DNA of 56,833 bases from a virus. Taxonomy: Duplodnaviria; Caudoviricetes. The translations under genes were made by a program, and so were the position numbers. Positions 8,919 through 18,318 of this stretch are shown here, one piece after another; position 1 is the first letter of the stretch, and each line of letters starts with the position of its first letter. Location of the stretch: IMG/VR virus record IMGVR_UViG_3300013108_000466, positions 1 to 56,833 of that record, one strand, 5' to 3'. Below the pieces are notes generated by a model that saw only the letters and a list, made by a program, of their open reading frames with translations, had not been told where the DNA came from and did no database searches.

Positions 8919-9210
8919 AGATTTAGTAATAGGAGACGGAGCACAAGAAGAATTAAGTTTATTAAATAATAAACTAAATTTATTAGAAAATAAAATTGTT
9001 TTAAAAGATAGTATTATTACTAATCTAAATAAAAGCGTTATGAATTTTGAAAGTATTTTATTAACAAAATCAGACCAATTAGCTTTATCACAAGAGCTAT
9101 CTTTAAAACTACAAACTGATTTAAAAAAACAAAAAGCTAAAACCAAATTGTTCCAATTAGGTTCAGGTGCATTAGTAGTTGGGGGATTAGTACTGTTATT
9201 AGCTAAATAA
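8803..9210 (+). CDS. Secreted coiled-coil protein with a C-terminal hydrophobic anchor (possible spanin partner)
   Basis: Signal peptide MKKLIPLIILTMMSFSSFS, a coiled coil, and C-terminal GALVVGGLVLLLAK. Confidence 0.55.
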   Translation: MKKLIPLIILTMMSFSSFSQTDTERSIRLKVPIAKLVIKDLVIGDGAQEELSLLNNKLNLLENKIVLKDSIITNLNKSVMNFESILLTKSDQLALSQELSLKLQTDLKKQKAKTKLFQLGSGALVVGGLVLLLAK

Positions 9211-9211
9211 T

Positions 9212-10786
9212 ATGGCTGGAGACTTAAAGAAAGTAATAAGAAGTGAATACTTAAAATGTGCTAAAGACCCAGTACATTTTATGCGTAAATATTGTTATAT
9301 ACAGCACCCACAAAGGGGACGTATACAATTCAACTTATACCCATTCCAAGATAAAGTATTAACACTATGGAGAGATAATCCATATTCAATTGTCTTAAAA
9401 TCAAGACAGTTAGGAATTTCAACATTAGGTGCAGGTTATTCATTATGGTTAATGACATTCCATAAAGATAAAAACGTTTTGTGTATAGCGACAAAGCAAG
9501 AAACAGCTAAAAACATGGTTACAAAGGTAAAATTTATGTATGAGAATTTACCTTCATGGCTTAAAATTGATGCCCAAGAAAATAACAAATTAACATTACG
9601 ATTAGATAATGGATCTCAAATTAAAGCAACATCAGCAAGTAGTGATGCTGGTAGATCCGAAGCAGTATCTTTGCTATTAATTGATGAGGCAGCTTTTATT
9701 GAAAATATTGGTGAGATTTGGGCTTCAGCTCAACAAACATTAGCAACTGGAGGTGGTTGTATAGCATTAAGTACTCCTTATGGTACAGGTAATTGGTTTC
9801 ATCAAACTTGGAGTAGAGCAGAAGCGGCTGAAAACGATTTTTTACCTATAAAATTACCTTGGTATGTTCACCCAGATAGAGATGAAGCATGGAGAAAAAG
9901 ACAAGATGAATTACTAGGTGATCCTAGAATGGCGGCACAAGAATGTGATTGCGATTTTAGTACTTCAGGTGATATTGTTTTTTATCCTGAATACATTGAA
10001 TATTATGAAAAATCGTTTGTTAAAGATCCTTTAGAAAGAAGAGGTAATGACCAAAATTTATGGGTTTGGGAACAAGCTGATTATTCAAGAAGTTATATGG
10101 TAGTAGCTGATGTATCTAGAGGTGATGGTAAAGATTATTCTGCATGTCATGTAATAGATACAGAAACAAATGTACAAGTTGCTGAATATAAAGGACAAAT
10201 AGGTACTAAAGAATATGGTCACTTATTAGTTGGATTAGCTACAGAATATAATGAAGCAATGTTAGTAATTGAAAATGCTAATATTGGTTGGGCTACTATA
10301 CAAGTAGTAATTGATAGAGCATATCAAAACCTCTACTATTCACAAAAGAGTGGAGAAGCAAATGTTAATTCGTATTTTGATAAATATCAAGATCATTCAA
10401 AAATGGTTCCTGGATTTACTATGTCATCAAGAACAAGACCTATGGTAATTGGTAAATTTCAGGAATATATTAGTGATAAAGGAGTAACAATACAATCAAA
10501 AAGATTGATAGAAGAAATGAAAACATTTATATGGCGTAATGGAAGACCAGAAGCTCAATCAGGTTATAATGATGATTTAGTTATGGCTTTTAGTATTGCT
10601 ATGTATATTAGGGATACAGCTTTGAAATTTAAACAAAGAGGTATAGATTTAACAAGACAATCATTAAATAATATGCAGGTTAATAGATCAGCATATCAAG
10701 GTAGTTATGGTAACAACCCAGGCATGAAAAATCCTTATGAAATAAAAACCAAGGATGGTAAAGAAAACATTGATTGGTTATTATAG
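9212..10786 (+). CDS. terL: Terminase large subunit (T4 gp17-like)
   Basis: LYPFQ adenine-binding motif, KSRQLGIS Walker A, LLLIDEAAF Walker B, STPYG, and nuclease motifs ADVSRG and DDLVMA. Confidence 0.97.
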   Translation: MAGDLKKVIRSEYLKCAKDPVHFMRKYCYIQHPQRGRIQFNLYPFQDKVLTLWRDNPYSIVLKSRQLGISTLGAGYSLWLMTFHKDKNVLCIATKQETAKNMVTKVKFMYENLPSWLKIDAQENNKLTLRLDNGSQIKATSASSDAGRSEAVSLLLIDEAAFIENIGEIWASAQQTLATGGGCIALSTPYGTGNWFHQTWSRAEAAENDFLPIKLPWYVHPDRDEAWRKRQDELLGDPRMAAQECDCDFSTSGDIVFYPEYIEYYEKSFVKDPLERRGNDQNLWVWEQADYSRSYMVVADVSRGDGKDYSACHVIDTETNVQVAEYKGQIGTKEYGHLLVGLATEYNEAMLVIENANIGWATIQVVIDRAYQNLYYSQKSGEANVNSYFDKYQDHSKMVPGFTMSSRTRPMVIGKFQEYISDKGVTIQSKRLIEEMKTFIWRNGRPEAQSGYNDDLVMAFSIAMYIRDTALKFKQRGIDLTRQSLNNMQVNRSAYQGSYGNNPGMKNPYEIKTKDGKENIDWLL

Positions 10787-10816
10787 CAATATTTATAACA
10801 ATAATAATATATAGAA

Positions 10817-12709
10817 ATGGCAAATAGAAGCGTATTTTCAAGACTACAAAGATTATTTTCAACAGATGTTGTAATAAGAAACGTAGGTGGAAACCAAATA
10901 AAAACAATAGACTCAGGTCATATTCAAGCAAGTGGAGAATATGAAACAAATGCCTTAGTTGATAGATTTAATAGAGTATATTCTACTGCTCCTTCCTCTT
11001 TATATGGAGCACAATTTAATTTAAATTATAATTATCTAAGACCTCAACTATATTCAGAGTATGATATAATGGATCAAGATGCTATTATCGCTTCAGCGCT
11101 TGATATCCTAGCCGATGAATCAACTCTTAAAAATGATATGGGTGAAGTACTTCAAATTAGAAGTTCAAATGAAGATATACAAAAAATTCTATATAATTTA
11201 TTTTATGATGTTTTAAACATTGAGTTTAATGCCTGGATGTGGATTAGACAAATGTGTAAATATGGTGACTTTTTCTTAAAAATGGAAATATCAGAAAAAT
11301 TTGGTGTTTATAATGTAATACCTTATACTGCTTATCATATTGAAAGAATGGAAGGTCAAAACCCAGAAAATCCAGCAGAAGTAAAATTTAGATGGAACCC
11401 AGATGGATTTGCGGGTGGTTCTTATGGTTACTATAATGTACCTAATCAAAATGTAAATGATGATAGAGGTGGTATTGTATTTGATAATTATGAAATGGCT
11501 CACTTTAGATTTGTAGCTGATGTTAATTATCTTCCTTATGGTAGAGCATACATTGAACCAGCAAGAAAATTATTTAAACAATATACATTAATGGAAGACG
11601 CGATGTTAATTCATAGAATTGCTCGTGCACCAGAAAAAAGAATATTTTATGTAAATGTTGGAGCTATTCCTCCAAATGAAGTAGAAGCATTTATGCAAAA
11701 AACTATTTCAAGTATGAAACGTACTCCTATGATAGATGAAAAAACAGGTGAGTATAACTTGAAATATAATATGCAAAATATGTTGGAAGACTTTTACATA
11801 CCAGTTAGAGGTAATGATAACGCAACTAAAATTGATACTACACCAGGTTTATCTTATGATGGTATTCAAGATGTAGAATATTTAAGAGATAAATTATTTG
11901 CAGCTCTAAAAATACCAAAAGCATTCTTAGGATATGATGAAAACACAGAAGGTAAAGCTACATTAGCTGCCGAAGACATCAGATTTGCTCGTACTATTGA
12001 TAGAATTCAAAGAATAATTTTATCTGAATTTAATAAAATTGCATTAGTACATTTATATACTCAAGGTTATACAGATGAAACATTGACTAATTTTGAATTA
12101 TCAATGACTACTCCATCAATTATATATGACCAAGAAAAAATTGAATTACTTAAAGCTAAAACAGAATTGGCAGGTTCATTATTAGAACAAGGGCTAGTAC
12201 CTTCAGATTGGATTTATCATAATGTATTCCACTTTAGTGAAGATCAATATGATGAATATAGAGATTTAGCTAGAGAAGATGCTAAACGTCAATTTAGATT
12301 AGATCAAATAAAAGCAGAAGGTAATGACCCAGTAGCAACAGGTAAATCTTATGGTACACCTCATGATTTAGCTTCATTATATGGTATGGGAAGAACAGTA
12401 TCAGATCCAGCTAATGTACCAGCTGGCTATGCTAAAGATGATCCTAAATTAGGAAGACCAATTGATTCAATGACTACTAGAGGTAAACAAGAAAACAACT
12501 TTGGGAAAGACCCATTAGGTGTAAAACGTATGAAAGATACTGATAAGAACGATGGTGATGGTAGACCAAGTTTAGGAGAAAGTGAGAGTGCTCAAGTAAC
12601 TTATTTAAAGAATAAAGATATCTTTAAATCTCTTAACAAAAAGAAGTTAATTTTTGAAGAAGATAAAAACACATCATCATTACTTGATGAATCTCAACTA
12701 AAGTCCTAA
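10817..12709 (+). CDS. Portal protein (T4 gp20-like)
   Basis: LMEDAMLIHRIARAPEKRIFYVNVG, EDFYIPVR, and LFAALKIP are gp20-family motifs. Confidence 0.95.
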   Translation: MANRSVFSRLQRLFSTDVVIRNVGGNQIKTIDSGHIQASGEYETNALVDRFNRVYSTAPSSLYGAQFNLNYNYLRPQLYSEYDIMDQDAIIASALDILADESTLKNDMGEVLQIRSSNEDIQKILYNLFYDVLNIEFNAWMWIRQMCKYGDFFLKMEISEKFGVYNVIPYTAYHIERMEGQNPENPAEVKFRWNPDGFAGGSYGYYNVPNQNVNDDRGGIVFDNYEMAHFRFVADVNYLPYGRAYIEPARKLFKQYTLMEDAMLIHRIARAPEKRIFYVNVGAIPPNEVEAFMQKTISSMKRTPMIDEKTGEYNLKYNMQNMLEDFYIPVRGNDNATKIDTTPGLSYDGIQDVEYLRDKLFAALKIPKAFLGYDENTEGKATLAAEDIRFARTIDRIQRIILSEFNKIALVHLYTQGYTDETLTNFELSMTTPSIIYDQEKIELLKAKTELAGSLLEQGLVPSDWIYHNVFHFSEDQYDEYRDLAREDAKRQFRLDQIKAEGNDPVATGKSYGTPHDLASLYGMGRTVSDPANVPAGYAKDDPKLGRPIDSMTTRGKQENNFGKDPLGVKRMKDTDKNDGDGRPSLGESESAQVTYLKNKDIFKSLNKKKLIFEEDKNTSSLLDESQLKS

Positions 12710-12734
12710 TATTTATAAATAAATATATTTTTTG

Positions 12735-13598
12735 ATGAAAATAAAACACTCAAAATTTAAAAATACTGGTATATTATTCGAATTACTAGTAAGACAGATA
12801 ACGGCAGACACATTAAAAGGAGGAGATTCTCCTGCAATTGATATACTTAAAGAATATTTTGTAAAAACAGAATTGGGACGTGAGTATAAATTGTATGAAT
12901 CAATTCTTAAATCAAAAGTCTTAAATGAAGGCAGAGCTAATTCTCTAATTTCAACTACTTTAGAAATGTCTAAAAAGTTTAATAGATCTGTACTTAGAAA
13001 ACAAAAGTATAATTTGATTAACGAAATCAAAAAACATTATAATTTAGAATCTTTCTTTGGTTCTAAAGTAAAAAATTATAAAGAAATAGCTTCTATTTAT
13101 ACTTTAATAGAAAGTTATAACTATAAGGAAGTTACTAATTTAGATCAAATTAATAATAATAAAGTTACATTACTAGAATTTTTAACTAAATCACCAGTTT
13201 CTAAAAAATCAAAAGATGAAGTAATTAATGAATTTTCTACTTATGACAAGGATTTGAGAACTTTAACATATAAAATATTGTTAGAAAAATTTAATGATAA
13301 GTACGATGGTCTAAGTATAGAACAAAAAGAAATACTTAAAGAATTTATATACTCAGTAGATTCAACACCATCATTAAGAGAATTTTATAATAATAAAGTT
13401 AATATATTAAAAGATAAATTAACTGAAATGTCTACAAATATAAAAGACAAAGCTACTAAAATTAAAATTACAGAAGTAGCTAAATTATTAACTGAGTTAA
13501 ATAAAACTGATAAAGTAGATAATGATAATTTAGTTGATTTGTTACAATATTACGAACTAGTAAAAGAAATACAAGTAGCAAATGGCGTACAAATATAA
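12735..13598 (+). CDS. Conserved hypothetical head-module protein
   Basis: Helical ORF of about 287 aa between the portal and protease genes, after the late promoter at 12709. ATG at 12735. Confidence 0.7.
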   Translation: MKIKHSKFKNTGILFELLVRQITADTLKGGDSPAIDILKEYFVKTELGREYKLYESILKSKVLNEGRANSLISTTLEMSKKFNRSVLRKQKYNLINEIKKHYNLESFFGSKVKNYKEIASIYTLIESYNYKEVTNLDQINNNKVTLLEFLTKSPVSKKSKDEVINEFSTYDKDLRTLTYKILLEKFNDKYDGLSIEQKEILKEFIYSVDSTPSLREFYNNKVNILKDKLTEMSTNIKDKATKIKITEVAKLLTELNKTDKVDNDNLVDLLQYYELVKEIQVANGVQI

Positions 13599-14745
13599 AC
13601 TTAGTGAAATGTCTAAAACTGCTTCATCTGAAGAAGCAGCAAAAGAACTAAAGCGCAAACCAGGAGAAGGATTTGAGGTTGGGCAAGTCATGTATAGTGA
13701 TGATGGAACAAGAAAATCTACCATTACTAAAATTGACAGTGAAACCGGTGCAGTATCTTGGAGAATTGATCAATTACCTGGATTTGATAAGTTATATGAT
13801 GAAATGGATGATCTAGTTAATGTAGCTAAAAGAGTTTATACTAAAACTAAAGATGATAAGAAATTTAGAGAATTTTACGAAACTGCTCGTAAATTAAGAA
13901 ATGCAATTAGAACACATCTTAGAAACGAATACCCAGACGAATATAAAAATATAGTAGGTATAAATGAAGTAGATGTTGTAGATCTAGCTCCTGGTACTCA
14001 GGTAAAAGCTAAAAATTATATTAAAGATGCTCCAACATTTGCTGATACTATGTTAGATATTAGTGATGAAATATTAGATGGAGAAAGTGATACTATTATT
14101 AATAACCCACAAATTAAACAAGCACTAAATTTATTAAAAAAAGTTGGTACTGTAGAAGAAGCATTTGATGAATTAGATGATGGGTTTGATAAAAACATGG
14201 AAGATCTAATAAAAGCAGGATCTAGATTAAACCCAGAAAGATTTGAAGATGTAATTTACTATATCCATAATAATTGGATGGCAGGTAATTATGGTGATGA
14301 TTATGCTATAAGAAGAATAAGTAAATATCTTAATGAAAATGTAGACGAAGCTTCTATGTCAGGTGCGGCTGGTGCTTATTTAACTCCATATGCTTTTAGA
14401 TTACCTAAAAAAAAGAAAAAGAAAGAAATTAAAGAAGCATTACAATTAGTACATGTTTATGATAAAGATGGTAAAATGTATGGTACTGGTTCAGTTGAAA
14501 AAGTAGAAGGTGATAAAACAACAGTAAGATTTGATGGTAGTACAGTTAAAAGATTTCCTAGCGACAGAGTAAAACCGGTAAAAGAAGGAGTAGGAGCAAC
14601 ATTAGGTCCAGGCCCTAAGGCAGGTCCTGATGGAGTTACAGATAGTGCGTATGTAAAACAGTTTAAATATAAACTAGTTCCTAAAACTAAAAATGGTACT
14701 TATGTACAAAAAGGCTCAGGACTCGAAGTAAACAAACTTTTTTAA
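13582..14745 (+). CDS. Modular putative head-internal protein with a KOW/SH3-like module
   Basis: Segments are bounded by LSE/INE/LNE/IKE/VKE. Contains GAYLTPYAF and an SH3-like segment VHVY...GTGSVEKVEGDKTTVRF. Confidence 0.55.
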   Translation: MAYKYKLSEMSKTASSEEAAKELKRKPGEGFEVGQVMYSDDGTRKSTITKIDSETGAVSWRIDQLPGFDKLYDEMDDLVNVAKRVYTKTKDDKKFREFYETARKLRNAIRTHLRNEYPDEYKNIVGINEVDVVDLAPGTQVKAKNYIKDAPTFADTMLDISDEILDGESDTIINNPQIKQALNLLKKVGTVEEAFDELDDGFDKNMEDLIKAGSRLNPERFEDVIYYIHNNWMAGNYGDDYAIRRISKYLNENVDEASMSGAAGAYLTPYAFRLPKKKKKKEIKEALQLVHVYDKDGKMYGTGSVEKVEGDKTTVRFDGSTVKRFPSDRVKPVKEGVGATLGPGPKAGPDGVTDSAYVKQFKYKLVPKTKNGTYVQKGSGLEVNKLF

Positions 14746-14755
14746 TACGTATAAT

Positions 14756-14983
14756 ATGAATATTAGAGAAGAAGAAGATAAATTAGAAAAATTTCAACAA
14801 AGCAGAATTGATGCGTTTGATGAAATTGAAAACGAATTAAAGTCTTTAATTAAACCATTAAGACAAGGAAAAATAGAAACAATTAAATATTACAGAGAAG
14901 AGCCTAAAAGCTATTCTGTAGTTGTTGGAACGGATTTAATTAAAGATTATATAAAAGATATTAAAACACTATTAGAAAACTAA
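14756..14983 (+). CDS. Hypothetical protein
   Basis: 75-aa ORF directly after ATACGTATA at 14745. Confidence 0.65.
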   Translation: MNIREEEDKLEKFQQSRIDAFDEIENELKSLIKPLRQGKIETIKYYREEPKSYSVVVGTDLIKDYIKDIKTLLEN

Positions 14984-14988
14984 ATAAG

Positions 14989-16302
14989 ATGAAGAAAACA
15001 GCAGAACAATTACATAAAGAATTAACTGATAGGTTAATTACTGAAAATTATGTTGATTTAAAACCATTAAATACTATAGAACCAACTGAAAAAGAAGGTT
15101 GGGAAGCTAAATATTTTAACTACATTAATGAAGCAGGAGATAAAAGTTTAAATCCTATCGTTAATAATGATATGAAAGTTAATACTAAGGAACAAGAAGA
15201 AAAAGTATCAGCAGATCCTAAGTATAAATTTGAAATGGATAACAAATTAGCTGGATCTTATAAATTATCAGATGGTGTTGAAAATGTAGCATCACATAAC
15301 TATGATTATTCACCTAAAGTAGATAACATTAATAATGTTAATGCTCAAGAAATGATGAATGGGGTATATTGTGAAATTAAAAACGATCCAAACTTAACTT
15401 TAGAAGAAGCTCAATCCAAAGTAATTGAAAATTTAGCTAAAGATTCTATGCATTATGTTAAAAATGGTCAATTTGGTGTTGAAGGATTAGGATACCAAGA
15501 ATCAGCTCCTGGTTTAGGTGAAGTTGATAACCAAATGGAAGTAGTAAAAGAATCTGTTGAAGAAAAAATTAAAAAAACACTTAAAGAACATTTTACTGGT
15601 GTATCAACATCAGGTAACCCAAATAGCTTTGCTGCAATGTCTGGTGAAGTAATTAATAAAATGTTAGAGGAAAATGGTTTAACTGAAAAACCTAATTCAT
15701 TAGATGAATTCGTGAATGAAATTAACGAAGATAAATTTGATGAAGCTAGACAAGAAGCAATAGAATCTTCTCAAGAAGCAGCAGGTATTGAAGAGAAAAA
15801 AGATCATGACGGTGATGGAGATATTGATTCAGATGATTATTTGGCTGCTAAAGATAAAGCAATTAAAGCTAACATGAAAAAGAAAAAACCTAAAAAAGAA
15901 TCAATTGAAACTAAATTAGCTGAAATAGGCAAAGAAGCTGAAGCTGTTAAATTAGAAGCTCAATTAAATTTCTTACATGATTTTATTGCTGAAAAAGTTG
16001 ATAGAGTAAATTCAATTAATGAAGATGAAAATCTTAAAGAATTAGTTGATAAAGGCAAGTTAAAAGAAATGACAAAAGAAATTAAGCTTTTAGAAAAAAG
16101 AAAAGCTAAAATGGAAAAAATTTACGAAAAATCTTGTGGTAAAAAATACTCTAAAAAAGAAATGGTAGACGAAACTGAAGAAGTTGATGAATCATTTGAT
16201 AGTGTTGTTGATAAAATCATGGATCAAGGTAAATCAAGAGAAGATGCAGAAAAAATTGCTGGAGCAATTAATCGTGATTACGTAGGCAATTATAAAGACT
16301 AA
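14989..16302 (+). CDS. Acidic putative head core/internal protein with an EF-hand-like loop
   Basis: DHDGDGDIDSDD motif and many [ILV]xE sites. Lies immediately upstream of the prohead protease. Confidence 0.6.
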   Translation: MKKTAEQLHKELTDRLITENYVDLKPLNTIEPTEKEGWEAKYFNYINEAGDKSLNPIVNNDMKVNTKEQEEKVSADPKYKFEMDNKLAGSYKLSDGVENVASHNYDYSPKVDNINNVNAQEMMNGVYCEIKNDPNLTLEEAQSKVIENLAKDSMHYVKNGQFGVEGLGYQESAPGLGEVDNQMEVVKESVEEKIKKTLKEHFTGVSTSGNPNSFAAMSGEVINKMLEENGLTEKPNSLDEFVNEINEDKFDEARQEAIESSQEAAGIEEKKDHDGDGDIDSDDYLAAKDKAIKANMKKKKPKKESIETKLAEIGKEAEAVKLEAQLNFLHDFIAEKVDRVNSINEDENLKELVDKGKLKEMTKEIKLLEKRKAKMEKIYEKSCGKKYSKKEMVDETEEVDESFDSVVDKIMDQGKSREDAEKIAGAINRDYVGNYKD

Positions 16303-16314
16303 TCAAGTTATTTT

Positions 16315-16914
16315 ATGAAGACATTACTAATTGAAACGCACGCGTTTAAGGCGTCACCACAACAACTAAAGGAATCAGTACATGAAAATGGTAATTTATT
16401 AGTTGAAGGGATTTTAGCTACTGCTGAAGTTAAAAATGGTAATGGTAGATATTACGCCAAAGAATTATGGAATAGAGAAATGGAAAAATATAAGGAACTT
16501 ATTGAACAAAGACGTTCAATGGGTGAATTAGATCATCCTGAATCTTCGGTTGTAAACTTAAAAAATGTATCTCACTTAATATCAGATTTTTGGTGGGATG
16601 GAGATAATGTAATGGGTAAAATAGAAATTTTACCTACACCTTCAGGAAACATACTTAGAGAATTAATTAATCATGGTGTTACAGTAGGTGTATCATCAAG
16701 AGGAATGGGTTCATTACAAGATATGGGTGGTGTAATGGAAGTACAAGATGACTTCGAATTATTATGTTGGGATTTTGTTTCAACACCATCTAACCCAGGT
16801 TCTTATATGCATACTATCAAAGAAGGAAAAGAAATGGTTAATTACGACTATACAAGAGTTAACCAAATAGTTACTGAGATCCTTTGTTCTAAAGGTTCTT
16901 GTCCAATAGTGTAA
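16315..16914 (+). CDS. Prohead core protease (T4 gp21-like)
   Basis: NGNGRYY, GELDHP, GVSSRGMGS, and WDFVSTPS. Confidence 0.95.
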   Translation: MKTLLIETHAFKASPQQLKESVHENGNLLVEGILATAEVKNGNGRYYAKELWNREMEKYKELIEQRRSMGELDHPESSVVNLKNVSHLISDFWWDGDNVMGKIEILPTPSGNILRELINHGVTVGVSSRGMGSLQDMGGVMEVQDDFELLCWDFVSTPSNPGSYMHTIKEGKEMVNYDYTRVNQIVTEILCSKGSCPIV

Positions 16915-17040
16915 TTTTAAGATATTTCCATATACGTATAATCGTAATACATCATGATTATCTTATATGATGTTAGACTATTAATAATTTTCTATTACGC
17001 TTCATGAATAAGCGTATTTCACAAACTAAATTTTGGGATT

Positions 17041-18288
17041 ATGGCAACAAACAGAGATTTGCTAAAAGAGGCAATTGCTGATGCTAAAGCCGTTAAGGAA
17101 ACTGCAATCGCAAACGCCAAACTTGCTCTTGAAGAAGCTTTCACTCCACATTTAAAATCTATGCTAGCTGCAAAGTTAGAAGAAATGGACAAAGATGAGG
17201 ATGTAAAAGAAGAAAAAGAGGACAAAGTTGAAGAAATGGATGCTCCTAGTTTCGAAAGAAAAAATTCTCCAGCAGGTGATTCTTTAAAAGATCTTGCACC
17301 TAAAAAAGTAGGTCAATCTACAGTGCAAGAAGAAAAAGAAGAAGTTGATGAAGAAATTGATCTTGACGAATTATTAGCTGAACTCGAAGATTCCAAAGAT
17401 CTATCTGAAGAAAAAGATTCTAAAGAAGAAGTTAAAGAAGCAAAAGACGAAGACGACAAAATGGAAGAAGCTAAAAAAGCTGACGACAAAGAAGAAGTTA
17501 AGGAAGATGCTAGAACTGACGCTGAAGAAGAAGGATATTTAGATGGTATGAAGGACGAAAAAGAAGACATGGAAGACAAGATGGATGACGAAGAAATCGA
17601 TCTTGAAGATATGTCAGAAGACGACCTTAAAGGATTTATCGAGGATGTCATTAAAGACATGGTCGCTGATGGTGAAATTGAGCCAGGCGATGAATTCGTT
17701 GAAGACGAAGTTGAAGTTGAAGACGTTGAAGACGTAGAAGTTGAAGACGATGTAGACGTAGACGTAGAAATTAGCGAAGAAAAAGACGAAATGGATGAGA
17801 GTGAAAAAGTTGATGAAGCAAAAGAAGAGATTGACGAAAGAAAATCTCGAGTAAAAGGTGAAAAAGGTCCTGGAAACGAGGATGGTGACAAAGATGACAC
17901 TAAAATCGAAAAAGAGACTGAAAAAATGAGATTCAAAGAAGCAATGGATGAAATCCAGGAGCTTAAAAAAGAACTTCAAGAAGTTAACCTTTTAAATGCT
18001 AAGTTACTTTACACAAACAAAATTTTCAAAGCAAAAAACTTAACTGAAAGTAAAAAAGTTAAGGTATTAAAAGCATTTGATAATGCTAAGGATGTTAAAC
18101 AAGCAAAAACTATTTTCGAAACATTACAAACTGGTCTTGTAGACAAGTCTATTAATGAATCAAGAAACTTAGGGTCTGCATCGAAAGCTAGTGGTTTAGA
18201 ACCAACAGCGACGTCAAACACAAAACAGCCTATCATTGAATCAAATGACGTTTACAACCGTATGCGTAAGCTAGCGGGATTAATTTAA
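17041..18288 (+). CDS. Prohead scaffold protein (T4 gp22-like)
   Basis: Very acidic coiled-coil protein between the protease and the major capsid gene, ending RMRKLAGLI. Confidence 0.85.
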   Translation: MATNRDLLKEAIADAKAVKETAIANAKLALEEAFTPHLKSMLAAKLEEMDKDEDVKEEKEDKVEEMDAPSFERKNSPAGDSLKDLAPKKVGQSTVQEEKEEVDEEIDLDELLAELEDSKDLSEEKDSKEEVKEAKDEDDKMEEAKKADDKEEVKEDARTDAEEEGYLDGMKDEKEDMEDKMDDEEIDLEDMSEDDLKGFIEDVIKDMVADGEIEPGDEFVEDEVEVEDVEDVEVEDDVDVDVEISEEKDEMDESEKVDEAKEEIDERKSRVKGEKGPGNEDGDKDDTKIEKETEKMRFKEAMDEIQELKKELQEVNLLNAKLLYTNKIFKAKNLTESKKVKVLKAFDNAKDVKQAKTIFETLQTGLVDKSINESRNLGSASKASGLEPTATSNTKQPIIESNDVYNRMRKLAGLI

Positions 18289-18318
18289 AATTATTATTAA
18301 CAATTTAAACTATTTATT

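Noticed and set aside
17313-17979. Long Ser-rich and Phe-rich minus-strand ORFs (207 and 121 aa)
   Set aside because: They are antisense shadows of the GAA/GAC-rich scaffold gene, with no start context or promoter.
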